A stretch of DNA of 64,000 nucleotides, from assembly GCA_964016885.1 (NCBI GenBank), contig OZ024741.1, positions 254,324,001-254,388,000 on the forward strand. The letters are read 5' to 3'. The translations under genes and the position numbers were made by a program. The notes beneath the pieces were generated by a model that had not been told where the DNA came from, searched no databases, and saw nothing but the letters and a program-made list of their open reading frames with translations. The DNA comes from Eledone cirrhosa (lineage: Eukaryota). This document shows positions 15,901 to 31,990 of the stretch, piece by piece. Each line of letters starts with the position of its first letter. Within the stretch, counting starts at the first letter, position 1.

Positions 15901-17290
15901 ACACTGGCACTGACAGAGAAAACAGCAACAACTACAACACTGGCACTGACAGAGAAAACAGCAACAACAACAACAACACTGGCACTGACAGAGAAAACAG
16001 CAACAACTACAACAACACTGGCACTGACACAGAAAACAGCAACAACAACAACAACACTGGCACTGACACAGAAAACAGCAACAACTACAACAACACTGGC
16101 ACTGACACAGAAAACAGCAACAACTACAACAACACTGGCACTGACAGTGAAAACAGCAACAACAACAACACTGGCACTGACAGAGAAAACAGCAACAACA
16201 ACAACACTGGCACTGATACAGAAAACAGCAACAACTACAACAACACTGGCACTGACAGAGAAAACAGCAACAACTACAACAACACTGGCACTGACACAGA
16301 AAACAGCAACAACTACAACAACACTGGCACTGACACAGAAAACAGCAACAACTACAACAACACTGGCACTGACAGAGAAAACAGCAACAACTACAACAAC
16401 ACTGGCACTCACAGAGAAAACAGCAACAACTACAACAACACTGGCACTGACACAGAAAACAGCAACAACTACATCAATACTGGCACTAACACAGAAAACA
16501 GCAACAACTACAACAACACTGGCACTGACACAGAAAACAGCAACAACAACAACACTGGCACTGACACAGAATACAGCAACAACAACAACACTGGCACTGA
16601 CAGAGAAAACAGCAACAACAACAACACTGGCTCTGACAGAGAAAACAGCAACAACAACAACACCGGCACTGACACAGAAAACAGCAACAACTACTACAAC
16701 ACTGGCACTGACACAGAAAACAGCAACAACAACAACACTGGCACTGACACAGAAAACAGCAACAACTACAACACTGGCACTGACAGAGAAAACAGCAACA
16801 ACTACAACAACACTGGCACTGACAGAGAAAACAGCAACAGCAACAACACTGGCACTGACACAGAAAACAGCAACAACAGCAAAAACAACACTGGCACTGA
16901 CACAGAAAACAGCAACAACAGCAATAACAATGGCACTGACACAGAAAACAGCAACAACAACAACACTGGCACTGACAGAGAAAACAGCAACAACAACACT
17001 GGCACTGACAGAGAAAACAGCAACAACAACAGTGGCACTGACACAGAAAACAGCAACAACTACAACAACACTGGCACTGACAGAGAAAACAGCAACAACA
17101 ACAACACTGGCACTGACACAGAAAACAGCAACAACTACAACAACACTGGCACTGACAGAGAAAACAGCAACAACTACAACAACACTGGCACTGACAGAGA
17201 AAACAGCAACAACTACAACAACACTGGCACTGACACAGAAAACAGCAACAACTACAACAACACTGGCACTGACACAGAAAACAGCAACAA
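9985..17290 (+). repeat. Near-perfect tandem duplication, period 3541 bp (about 2 copies)
   Basis: ORF-track pairs are exactly 3541 apart: 10170/13711, 10773/14314, 11679/15220, 12171/15712, 12967/16508, 13261/16802. Shared rare variants include AACAAGAAC, GACAGCGAA, CTGATACA, CAGAGAGCAG and TACATCAAT. Confidence 0.93.
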
Positions 17291-19950
17291 CAACAAAACT
17301 GGCACTGACAGAGAAAACAGCAACAACAACAACACTGGCACTGACACAGAAAACAGCAACAACAGCAACAACACTGGCACTGACACAGAAAACAGTAACA
17401 ACTACAACAACACTGGCACTGACAGAGAAAACAGCAACAACTACAACAACACTGGCACTGACAGAGAAAATAGCAACAACAACAACACTGGCACTTACAC
17501 AGAAAACAGCAACAACTACAACAACACTGGCACTGTCAGAGAAAACAGCAACAACTACAACAACACTGGCACTGACAGAGAAAACAGCAACAGCAACAAC
17601 ACTGGCACTGACACAGAAAACAGCAACAACAACACTGGCACTGACACAGAAAACAGCAACAACAGCAACAACAACACTGGCACTGACACAGAAAACAGCA
17701 ACAACAACAACACTGGCACTGACAGAGAAAACAGCAACAACAACACTGGCACTGACAGAGAAAACAGCAACAACAACAACACTGGCACTGACACAGAAAA
17801 CAGCAACAACTACAACAACACTGGCACTGACACAGAAAACAGCAACAACAACACTTGGCACTGACAGAGAAAACAGCAACAACAACAACACTGGCACTGA
17901 CACAGAAAACAGCAACAACAGCAACAACACTGGCACTGACACAGAAAACAGCAACAACTACAACAACACTGGCACTGACAGAGAAAACAGCAACAACTAC
18001 AACAACACTGGCACTGACACAGAAAACAGCAACAACTACAACAACACTGGCACTGACAGAGAAAACAGCAACAACTACAACACTGGCACTGACAGAGAAA
18101 ACAGCAACAACAACAACAACACTGGCACTGACAGAGAAAACAGCAACAACTACAACAACACTGGCACTGACACAGAAAACAGCAACAACAACAACAACAC
18201 TGGCACTGACACAGAAAACAGCAACAACTACAACAACACTGGCACTGACACAGAAAACAGCAACAACTACAACAACACTGGCACTGACAGTGAAAACAGC
18301 AACAACAACAACACTGGCACTGACAGAGAAAACAGCAACAACAACAACACTGGCACTGATACAGAAAACAGCAACAACTACAACAACACTGGCACTGACA
18401 GAGAAAACAGCAACAACTACAACAACACTGGCACTGACACAGAAAACAGCAACAACTACAACAACACTGGCACTGACACAGAAAACAGCAACAACTACAA
18501 CAACACTGGCACTGACAGAGAAAACAGCAACAACTACAACAACACTGGCACTCACAGAGAAAACAGCAACAACTACAACAACACTGGCACTGACACAGAA
18601 AACAGCAACAACTACATCAATACTGGCACTAACACAGAAAACAGCAACAACTACAACAACACTGGCACTGACACAGAAAACAGCAACAACAACAACACTG
18701 GCACTGACACAGAATACAGCAACAACAACAACACTGGCACTGACAGAGAAAACAGCAACAACAACAACACTGGCTCTGACAGAGAAAACAGCAACAACAA
18801 CAACACCGGCACTGACACAGAAAACAGCAACAACTACTACAACACTGGCACTGACACAGAAAACAGCAACAACAACAACACTGGCACTGACACAGAAAAC
18901 AGCAACAACTACAACACTGGCACTGACAGAGAAAACAGCAACAACTACAACAACACTGGCACTGACAGAGAAAACAGCAACAGCAACAACACTGGCACTG
19001 ACACAGAAAACAGCAACAACAGCAAAAACAACACTGGCACTGACACAGAAAACAGCAACAACAGCAATAACAATGGCACTGACACAGAAAACAGCAACAA
19101 CAACAACACTGGCACTGACAGAGAAAACAGCAACAACAACACTGGCACTGACAGAGAAAACAGCAACAACAACAGTGGCACTGACACAGAAAACAGCAAC
19201 AACTACAACAACACTGGCACTGACAGAGAAAACAGCAACAACAACAACACTGGCACTGACACAGAAAACAGCAACAACTACAACAACACTGGCACTGACA
19301 GAGAAAACAGCAACAACTACAACAACACTGGCACTGACAGAGAAAACAGCAACAACTACAACAACACTGGCACTGACACAGAAAACAGCAACAACTACAA
19401 CAACACTGGCACTGACACAGAAAACAGCAACAACAACAAAACTGGCACTGACAGAGAAAACAGCAACAACAACAACACTGGCACTGACACAGAAAACAGC
19501 AACAACAGCAACAACACTGGCACTGACACAGAAAACAGTAACAACTACAACAACACTGGCACTGACAGAGAAAACAGCAACAACTACAACAACACTGGCA
19601 CTGACAGAGAAAATAGCAACAACAACAACACTGGCACTTACACAGAAAACAGCAACAACTACAACAACACTGGCACTGTCAGAGAAAACAGCAACAACTA
19701 CAACAACACTGGCACTGACAGAGAAAACAGCAACAGCAACAACACTGCCACTGACACAGAAAACAGCAACAACAACACTGGCACTGACACAGAAAACAGC
19801 AACAACAGCAACAACAACACTGGCACTGACACAGAAAACAGCAACAACAACAACACTGGCACTGACAGAGAAAACAGCAACAACAACACTGGCACTGACA
19901 GAGAAAACAGCAACAACAACAACACTGGCACTGACACAGAAAACAGCAAC
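15630..19950 (+). repeat. Near-perfect tandem duplication, period 2143 bp (2 copies), overlapping the 3541-bp duplication
   Basis: Pairs 15712/17855, 16508/18651, 16802/18945 and 17555/19698 all have offset 2143. TACATCAAT, GAT, AGTAAC, CTTAC and CTGTC variants are shared. Confidence 0.92.
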
Positions 19951-22900
19951 AACAACAGTGGCACTGACACAGAAAACAGCAACAACAACAACACTGGCAC
20001 TGACACAGAAAACAGAAACAACTACAACAACATTGGCACTGACAGAGAAAGCAGCAACAACTACAACAACACTGGCACTGACAGAGAAAACAGCAACAGC
20101 AACAACACTTGCACTGACACAGAAAACAGCAACAACTACAACAACACTGGCACTGACAGAGAAAACAGCAACAACTACAACAACACTGGCACTGACAGAG
20201 AAAACAGCAACAACTACAACAATACTGGCACTGACACAGAAAACAGCAACAACTACAACAACACTGGCACTGACACAGAAACCAGCAACAACTACAACAA
20301 CACTGGCACTGACAGAGAAAACAGCAACAACAACAACACCGGCACTGACACAGAAAACAGCAACAACTACAACAACACTGGCACGGAAAACAGCAACAAC
20401 AGCAACAACAACACTGGCACTGACACAGAAAACAGCAACAACAGCAACAACAACACTGGCACTGACACAGAAAACAGCAACAACAACAACACTGGCACTG
20501 ACACAGAAAACAGCAACAACAACAACACTGGCACTGACAGAGAAAACAGCAACAACAACAACACTGGCTCTGACAGAGAAAACAGCAACAACAACAACAC
20601 CGGCACTGACACAGAAAACAGCAACAACTACAACAACACTGGCACTGACAGAGAAAACAGCAACAACAACAACACTGGCACTGACACAGAAAACATCAAC
20701 AACTACAACACTGGCACTGACAGAGAAAACAGCAACAACTACAACAACACTGGCACTGACAGAGAAAACAGCAACAGCAACAACACTGGCACTGACACAG
20801 AAAACAGCAACAACAGCAAAAACAACACTGGCACTGACACAGAAAACAGTAACAACAGCAATAACAATGGCACTGACACAGAAAACAGCAACAACAACAA
20901 CACTGGCACTGACAGAGAAAACAGCAACAACAACACTGGCACTGACAGAGAAAACAGCAACAACAACAGTGGCACTGACACAGAAAACAGCAACAACTAC
21001 AACAACACTGGCACTGACACAGAAAACAGCAACAACAACAACACTGGCACTGACACAGAAAACAGCAACAACTACAACAACACTGGCACTGACACAGAAA
21101 ACAGCAACAACTACAACAACACTGGCACTGACAGAGAAAACAGCAACAACTACAACAACACTGGCACTGACACAGAAAACAGTAACAACTACAACAACAC
21201 TGGCACTGACACAGAAAACAGCAACAACAACAACACTGGCACTGACAGAGAAAACAGCAACAACAACAACACTGGCACTGACACAGAAAACAGCAACAAC
21301 AGCAACAACACTGGCACTGACACAGAAAACAGCAACAACTACAACAACACTGGCACTGACAGAGAAAACAGCAACAACTACAACAACACTGGCACTGACA
21401 GAGAAAATAGCAACAACAACAACACTGGCACTTACACAGAAAACAGCAACAACTACAACAACACTGGCACTGTCAGAGAAAACAGCAACAACTACAACAA
21501 CACTGGCACTGACAGAGAAAACAGCAACAGCAACAACACTGGCACTGACACAGAAAACAGCAACAACAGCAACAACAACACTGGCACTGACACAGAAAAC
21601 AGCAACAACAGCAACAACAACACTGGCACTGACACAGAAAACAGCAACAACTACAACACTGGCACTGACACAGAAAACAGCAACAACTACAACAACACTG
21701 GCACTGACACAGAAAACAGCAACAACAACAACACTGGCACTGACAGACAAAACAGCAACAACAACAACACCGGCACTGGCACAGAAAACAGCAACAACTA
21801 CAACAACACTGGCACTGACAGAGAAAACAGCAACAACTACAACAACACTGGCACTGACAGAGAAAACAGCAACAACAACAACACTGGCACTGACACAGAA
21901 AACAGCAACAACTACAACAACACTGGCACTTTCAGAGAAAACAGCAACAGCAACAACACTGGCACTGACAGAGAAAACAGCAACAACAACAACACTGGCT
22001 CTGACAGAGAAAACAGCAAAAACAACAACACCGGCACTGACACAGAAAACAGCAACAACTACAACAACACTGGCACTGACAGAGAAAACAGCAACAGCAA
22101 CAACACTGGCACTGACACAGAAAACAGCAACAACAGCAACAACAACACTGGCACTGACACAGAAAACAGCAACAACAGCAATAACAATGGCACTGACACA
22201 GAAAACAGCAACAACAACAACACTGGCACTGACAGAGAAAACAGCAACAACAACACTGGCACTGACAGAGAAAACAGCAACAACAACAGTGGCACTGACA
22301 CAAAAAACAGCAACAACTACAACAACACAGGCACTGACAGAGAAAACAGCAACAACAACACTGGCACTGACACAGAAAACAGCAACAACTACAACAACAC
22401 TGGCACTGACAGAGAAAACAGCAACAACTACAACAACACTGGCACTGACCGAGAAAACAGCAACAACTACAACAACACTGGCACTGACACAGAAAACAGC
22501 AACAACTACAACAACACTGGCACTGAAACAGAAAACAGCAACAACAACAACACTGGCACTGACAGAGAAAACAGCAACAACAACAACACTGGCACTGACA
22601 CAGAAAACAGCAACAACAGCAACAACACTGGCACTGACACAGAAAACAGCAACAACTACAACAACACTGGCACTGACAGAGAAAACAGCAACAACTACAA
22701 CAACACTGGCACTGACAGAGAAAATAGTAACAACAACAACACTGGCACTGACACAGAAAACAGCAACAACTACAACAACACTGGCATTGACAGAGAAAAC
22801 AGCAACAACTACAACAACACTGGCACTGACAGAGAAAACAGCAACAGCAACAACACTGGCACTGACACAGAAAACAGCAACAACAGCAACAACAACACTG

Positions 22901-24249
22901 GCACTGACACAGAAAACAGCAACAACAGCAACAAAAAACACTGGCACTGACAGAGAAAACAGCAACAACAACATTGGCACTGACGGAGAAAAGAGCAACA
23001 ACAACAACACTGGCACTGACACAGAAAACAGCAACAACAACAGTGGCACTGACACAGAAAACAGCAACAACTACAACAACACTGGCACTGACAGAGAAAA
23101 CAGCAACAACAACAACACTGGCACTGACACAGAAAACAGAAACAACTACAACAACATTGGCACTGACAGAGAAAGCAGCAACAACTACAACAACACTGGC
23201 ACTGACAGAGAAAACAGCAACAGCAACAACACTGGCACTGACACAGAAAACAGCAACAACTACAACAACACTGGCACTGACAGAGAAAACAGCAACAACT
23301 ACAACAACACTGGCACTGACAGAGAAAACAGCAACAACTACAACAACACTGGCACTGACACAGAAAACAGCAACAACAACAACACTGGCACTGACACAGA
23401 AAACAGCAACAACTACAATAACACTGGCACAGAAAACACCAACAACAGCAACAACACTGGCACTGACACAGAAAACAGCAACAACAGCAACAACCGTGGC
23501 ACTGACACAGAAAACAGCAACAACAGCAACAATAACACTGGCACTGGCACAGAAAACAGCAACAGCAACACTGGAACTGACACAGAAAACAGCAACAGTA
23601 ACAACAACAACACTGGCACTGACACAGAAAACAGCAACAACAACAACACTGGCACTGACAGTGAAAATAGCAACAGCAACAACACTGGTACTGACAGAGA
23701 AAACAGCAACAACAACAACACTGGCACTGACACAGAAAACAGCAACAACTACAACAACACTGGCACTGACAGAGAAAACAGCAACAACTACAACAACACT
23801 GGCACTGACAGAGAAAACAGCAACAACTACAACAACACTGGCACTGACACAGAAAACAGCAACAACTACAACAACACTGGCACTGACACAGAAAACAGCA
23901 ACAACAACAACAACACTGGCACTGACACAGAAAACAGCAACAACAACAACACTGGCACTGACAGTGAAAATAGCAACAACAACAACACTAGCACTGACAG
24001 AGAAAACAGCAACAACAACAACACTGGCACTGACACAGAAAACAGCAACAACTACAACAACACTGGCACTGACACAGAAAACAGCAACAACTACAACAAC
24101 ACTGGCACTGACAGAGAAAACAGCAACAGCTACAACACTGGCACTGACAGAGAAAACAGCAACAACAACAACACTGGCACTGACAGAGAAAACAGCAACA
24201 ACTACAACAACACTGGCACTGACACAGAAAACAGCAACAACTACAACAA

Positions 24250-27200
24250 CACTGGCACTGACACAGAAAACAGCAACAACAACAACAACACTGGCACTGA
24301 CACAGAAAACAGCAACAACTACAACAACACTGGCACTGACACAGAAAACAGCAACAACTACAACAACACTGGCACTGACAGAGAAAACAGCAACAACTAC
24401 AACACTGGCACTGACAGAGAAAACAGCAACAACAACAACACTGGCACTGACAGAGAAAACAGCAACAACTACAACAACACTGGCACTGACAGAGAAAACA
24501 GCAACAACAACAACAACACTGGCACTGACACAGAAAACAGCAACAACACCAACACTGGCACTGACAGTGAAAATAGCAACAACAACACTGGCACTGACAG
24601 AGAAAACAGCAACAACAACAACACTGGCACTGACACAGAAAACAGCAACAACAACAACACTGGCACTGACACAGAAAACAGCAACAACTACAACAACACT
24701 GGCACTGACAGAGAAAACAGCAACAACTACAACACTGGCAATGTCAGAGAAAACAGCAACAACAACAACACTGGCACTGACAGAGAAAACAGCAACAACT
24801 AAAACAACACTGGCACTGACACAGAAAACAGCAACAACTACAACAACACTGGCACTGACAGTGAAAACAGCAACAACAACAACACTGTAACTGACAGAGA
24901 AAACAGCAACAACAACAACACTGGCACTGGCACAGAAAACAGCAACAACTACAACAACACTGGCACTGACAGAGAAAACAGCAACAACTACAACAACACT
25001 GGCACTGACAGAGAAAACAGCAACAACTACAACAACACTGGCACTGACACAGAAAACAGCAACAACTACAACAACACTGGCACTGACACAGAAAACAGCA
25101 ACAACTACAACAACACTGGCACTGACAGAGAAAACAGCAACAACTACAACAACACTGGCACTCACAGAGAAAACAGCAACAACTACAACAACACTGGCAC
25201 TGACACAGAAAACAGCAACAACTACAACAACACTGGCACTGACACAGAAAACAGCAACAACTACAACACTGGCACTGACAGAGAAAACAGCAACAACTAC
25301 AACAACACTGGCACTGACAGAGAAAACAGCAACAGCAACAACACTGGCACTGACACAGAAAACAGCAACAACAGCAACAACAACACTGGCACTGACACAG
25401 AAAACAGCAACAACAGCAATAACAATGGCACTGACACAGAAAACAGCAACAACAACAACACTGGCACTGACAGAGAAAACAGCAACAACAACACTGGCAC
25501 TGACAGAGAAAACAGCAACAACAACAGTGGCACTGACACAGAAAACAGCAACAACTACAACAACACTGGCACTGACAGAGAAAACAGCAACAACAACACT
25601 GGCACTGACACAGAAAACAGCAACAACTACAACAACACTGGCACTGACAGAGAAAACAGCAACAACTACAAAAACACTGGCACTGACAGAGAAAACAGCA
25701 ACGACTACAACAACACTGGCACTGACACAGAAAACAGCAACAACTACAACAACACTGGCACTGACACAGAAAACAGCTACAACAACACTTGGCACTGACA
25801 GAGAAAACAGCAACAACAACAACACTGGCACTGACACAGAAAACAGCAACAACAGCAACAACACTGGCACTGACACAGAAAACAGCAACAACTACAACAA
25901 CACTGGCACTGACAGAGAAAACAGCAACAACTACAACAACACTGGCACTGACACAGAAAACAGCAACAACTACAACAACACTGGCACTGACAGAGAAAAC
26001 AGCAACAACTACAACACTGGCACTGACAGAGAAAACAGCAACAACAACAACAACACTGGCACTGACAGAGAAAACAGCAACAACTACAACAACACTGGCA
26101 CTGACACAGAAAACAGCAACAACAACAACAACAACACTGGCACTGACACAGAAAACAGCAACAACTACAACAACACTGGCACTGACACAGAAAACAGCAA
26201 CAACTACAACAACACTGGCACTGACAGTGAAAACAGCAACAACAACAACACTGGCACTGACACAGAAAACAGCAACAACTACAACAACACTGGCACTGAC
26301 AGAGAAAACAGCAACAACTACAACAACACTGGCACTGACAGAGAAAACAGCAACAACTACAACAACACTGGCACTGACACAGAAAACAGCAACAACTACA
26401 ACAACACTGGCACTGACACAGAAAACAGCAACAACTACAACAACACTGGCACTGACAGAGAAAACAGCAACAACTACAACAACACTGGCACTCACAGAGA
26501 AAACAGCAACAACTACAACAACACTGGCACTGACACAGAAAACAGCAACAACTACAACAATACTGGCACTAACACAGAAAACAGCAACAACTACAACAAC
26601 ACTGGCACTGACACAGAAAACAGCAACAAAAACAACACTGGCACTGACACAGAATACAGCAACAACAACAACACTGGCACTGACAGAGAAAACAGCAACA
26701 ACAACAACACTGGCTCTGACAGAGAAAACAGCAACAACAACAACACCGGCACTGACACAGAAAACAGCAACAACTACTACAACACTGGCACTGACACAGA
26801 AAACAGCAACAACAACAACACTGGCACTGACACAGAAAACAGCAACAACTACAACACTGGCACTGACAGAGAAAACAGCAACAGCAACAACACTGGCACT
26901 GACACGGAAAACAGCAACAACAGCAAAAACAACACTGGCACTGACAGAGAAAACAGCAACAACAGCAATAACAATGGCACTGACACAGAAAACAGCAACA
27001 ACAACAACACTGGCACTGACAGAGAAAACAGCAACAACAACACTGGCACTGACAGAGAAAACAGCAACAACAACAGTGGCACTGACACAGAAAACAGCAA
27101 CAACTACAACAACACTGGCACTGACAGAGAAAACAGCAACAACAACAACACTGGCACTGACACAGAAAACAGCAACAACTACAACAACACTGGCACTGAC

Positions 27201-30200
27201 AGAGAAAACAGCAACAACTACAACAACACTGGCACTGACAGAGAAAACAGCAACAACTACAACAACACTGGCACTGACACAGAAAACAGCAACAACTACA
27301 ACAACACTGGCACTGACACAGAAAACAGTAACAACTACAACAACACTGGCACTGACACAGAAAACAGCAACAACTACAACAACACTGGCACTGACAGAGA
27401 AAACAGCAACAACTACAACACTGGCAATGTCAGAGAAAACAGCAACAACAACAACACTGGCACTGACAGAGAAAACAGCAACAACTACAACAACACTGGC
27501 ACTGACACAGAAAACAGCAACAACTACAACAACACTGGCACTGACAGTGAAAACAGCAACAACAACAACACTGGCACTGACAGAGAAACCAGCAACAACA
27601 ACAACACTGGCACTGACACAGAAAACAGCAACAACTACAACAACACTGGCACTGACAGAGAAAACAGCAACAACTACAACAACACTGGCACTGACAGAGA
27701 AAACAGCAATAACTACAACAACACTGGCACTGACACAGAAAACAGCAACAACTACAACAACACTGGCACTGACACAGAAAACAGCAACAACTACAACAAC
27801 ACTGGCACTGACAGAGAAAACAGCAACAACTACAACAGCACTGGCACTCACAGAGAAAACAGCAACAACTACAACAACACTGGCACTGACACAGAAAACA
27901 GCAACAACTACAACAACACTGGCACTGACACAGAAAACAGCAACAACTACAACAACACTGGCACTGACAGAGAAAACAGCAACAACAACAACACTGGCAC
28001 TGACACAGAAAACAGCAACAACTACAACACTGGCACTGACAGAGAAAACAGCAACAACTACAACAACACTGGCACTGACACAGAAAACAGCAACAACAGC
28101 AACAACAACACTGGCACTGACACAGAAAACAGCAACAACAGCAATAACAATGGCACTGACACAGAAAACAGCAACAACTACAACAACACTGGCACTGACA
28201 GAGAAAACAGCAACAACTACAACACTGGCACTGACAGAGAAAACAGCAACAACAACAACACTGGCACTGACAGAGAAAACAGCAACAACTACAACAACAC
28301 TGGCACTGACAGAGAAAACAGCAACAACAACAACAACACTGGCACTGACACAGAAAACAGCAACAACACCAACACTGGCACTGACAGTGAAAATAGCAAC
28401 AACAACACTGGCACTGACAGAGAAAACAGCAACAACAACAACACTGGCACTGACACAGAAAACAGCAACAACAACAACAACACTGGCACTGACACAGAAA
28501 ACAGCAACAACTACAACAACACTGGCACTGACACAGAAAACAGCAACAACTACAACAACACTGGCACTGACAGAGAAAACAGCAACAACTACAACACTGG
28601 CACTGACAGAGAAAACAGCAACAACAACAACACTGGCACTGACAGAGAAAACAGCAACAACTACAACAACACTGGCACTGACAGAGAAAACAGCAACAAC
28701 AACAACAACACTGGCACTGACACAGAAAACAGCAACAACACCAACACTGGCACTGACAGTGAAAATAGCAACAACAACACTGGCACTGACAGAGAAAACA
28801 GCAACAACAACAACACTGGCACTGACACAGAAAACAGCAACAACAACAACACTGGCACTGACACAGAAAACAGCAACAACTACAACAACACTGGCACTGA
28901 CAGAGAAAACAGCAACAACTACAACACTGGCAATGTCAGAGAAAACAGCAACAACAACAACACTGGCACTGACAGAGAAAACAGCAACAACTAAAACAAC
29001 ACTGGCACTGACACAGAAAACAGCAACAACTACAACAACACTGGCACTGACAGTGAAAACAGCAACAACAACAACACTGTCACTGACAGAGAAAACAGCA
29101 ACAACAACAACACTGGCACTGACACAGAAAACAGCAACAACTACAACAACACTGGCACTGACAGAGAAAACAGCAACAACTACAACAACACTGGCACTGA
29201 CAGAGAAAACAGCAACAACTACAACAACACTGGCACTGACACAGAAAACAGCAACAACTACAACAACACTGGCACTGACACAGAAAACAGCAACAACTAC
29301 AACAACACTGGCACTGACAGAGAAAACAGCAACAACTACAACAACACTGGCACTCACAGAGAAAACAGCAACAACTACAACAACACTGGCACTGACACAG
29401 AAAACAGCAACAACTACAACAACACTGGCATTGACACAGAAAACAGCAACAACTACAACACTGGCACTGACAGAGAAAACAGCAACAACTACAACAACAC
29501 TGGCACTGACAGAGAAAACAGCAACAGCAACAACACTGGCACTGACACAGAAAACAGCAACAACAGCAACAACAACACTGGCACTGACACAGAAAACAGC
29601 AACAACAGCAATAACAATGGCACTGACACAGAAAACAGCAACAACAACAACACTGGCACTGACAGAGAAAACAGCAACAACAACACTGGCACTGACAGAG
29701 AAAACAGCAACAACAACAGTGGCACTGACACAGAAAACAGCAACAACTACAACAACACTGGCACTGACAGAGAAAACAGCAACAACAACACTGGCACTGA
29801 CACAGAAAACAGCAACAACTACAACAACACTGGCACTGACAGAGAAAACAGCAACAACTACAAAAACACTGGCACTGACAGAGAAAACAGCAACGACTAC
29901 AACAACACTGGCACTGACACAGAAAACAGCAACAACAACACTTGGCACTGACAGAGAAAACAGCAACAACAACAACACTGGCACTGACACAGAAAACAGC
30001 AACAACAGCAACAACACTGGCACTGACACAGAAAACAGCAACAACTACAACAACACTGGCACTGACAGAGAAAACAGCAACAACTACAACAACACTGGCA
30101 CTGACACAGAAAACAGCAACAACTACAACAACACTGGCACTGACAGAGAAAACAGCAACAACTACAACACTGGCACTGACAGAGAAAACAGCAACAACAA

Positions 30201-31990
30201 CAACAACACTGGCACTGACAGAGAAAACAGCAACAACTACAACAACACTGGCACTGACACAGAAAACAGCAACAACAACAACAACAACACTGGCACTGAC
30301 ACAGAAAACAGCAACAACTACAACAACACTGGCACTGACACAGAAAACAGCAACAACTACAACAACACTGGCACTGACAGTGAAAACAGCAACAACAACA
30401 ACACTGGCACTGACAGAGAAAACAGCAACAACAACAACACTGGCACTGACACAGAAAACAGCAACAACTACAACAACACTGGCACTGACAGAGAAAACAG
30501 CAACAACTACAACAACACTGGCACTGACAGAGAAAACAGCAACAACTACAACAACACTGGCACTGACACAGAAAACAGCAACAACTACAACAACACTGGC
30601 ACTGACACAGAAAACAGCAACAACTACAACAACACTGGCACTGACAGAGAAAACAGCAACAACTACAACAACACTGGCACTCACAGAGAAAACAGCAACA
30701 ACTACAACAACACTGGCACTGACACAGAAAACAGCAACAACTACAACAATACTGGCACTAACACAGAAAACAGCAACAACTACAACAACACTGGCACTGA
30801 CACAGAAAACAGCAACAAAAACAACACTGGCACTGACACAGAATACAGCAACAACAACAACACTGGCACTGACAGAGAAAACAGCAACAACAACAACACT
30901 GGCTCTGACAGAGAAAACAGCAACAACAACAACACCGGCACTGACACAGAAAACAGCAACAACTACTACAACACTGGCACTGACACAGAAAACAGCAACA
31001 ACAACAACACTGGCACTGACACAGAAAACAGCAACAACTACTACACTGGCACTGACAGAGAAAACAGCAACAACTACAACAACACTGGCACTGACAGAGA
31101 AAACAGCAACAGCAACAACACTGGCACTGACACAGAAAACAGCAACAACAGCAAAAACAACACTGGCACTGACACAGAAAACAGCAACAACAGCAATAAC
31201 AATGGCACTGACACAGAAAACAGCAACAACAACAACACTGGCACTGACAGAGAAAACAGCAACAACAACACTGGCACTGACAGAGAAAACAGCAACAACA
31301 ACAGTGGCACTGACACAGAAAACAGCAACAACTACAACAACACTGGCACTGACAGAGAAAACAACAACAACAACAACACTGGCACTGACACAGAAAACAG
31401 CAACAACTACAACAACACTGGCACTGACAGAGAAAACAGCAACAACTACAACAACACTGGCACTGACAGAGAAAACAGCAACAACTACAACAACACTGGC
31501 ACTGACACAGAAAACAGCAACAACTACAACAACACTGGCACTGACACAGAAAACAGCAACAACTACAACAACACTGGCACTGACAGAGAAAACAGCAACA
31601 ACTACAACACTGGCAATGTCAGAGAAAACAGCAACAACAACAACACTGGCACTGACAGAGAAAACAGCAACAACTACAACAACACTGGCACTGACACAGA
31701 AAACAGCAACAACTACAACAACACTGGCACTGACAGTGAAAACAGCAACAACAACAACACTGGCACTGACAGAGAAACCAGCAACAACAACAACACTGGC
31801 ACTGACACAGAAAACAGCAACAACTACAACAACACTGGCACTGACAGAGAAAACAGCAACAACTACAACAACACTGGCACTGACAGAGAAAACAGCAACA
31901 ACTACAACAACACTGGCACTGACACAGAAAACAGCAACAACTACAACAACACTGGCACTGACACAGAAAACAGCAACAACTACAACAACA
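24250..31990 (+). repeat. Duplication with offset of about 4190 bp (24250-27800 vs 28443-31990)
   Basis: Shared private variants: TAA at 24800/28992 (offset 4192), CTGT at about 24887/29079, TACAAA at about 25670/29862, and GAAACC at about 27589/31778 (offset 4189). ORF pairs 24469/28661 and 25297/29489 agree. The offset drifts by whole monomers. Confidence 0.88.
28155..28850 (+). repeat. Local 372-bp duplication (about 10 monomers) at the junction of the 4.19 kb duplication
   Basis: ACCAACACTGGCACTGACAGTGAAAATAGC occurs at about 28368 and 28740. ORF pair 28289/28661 has offset 372. Confidence 0.8.
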
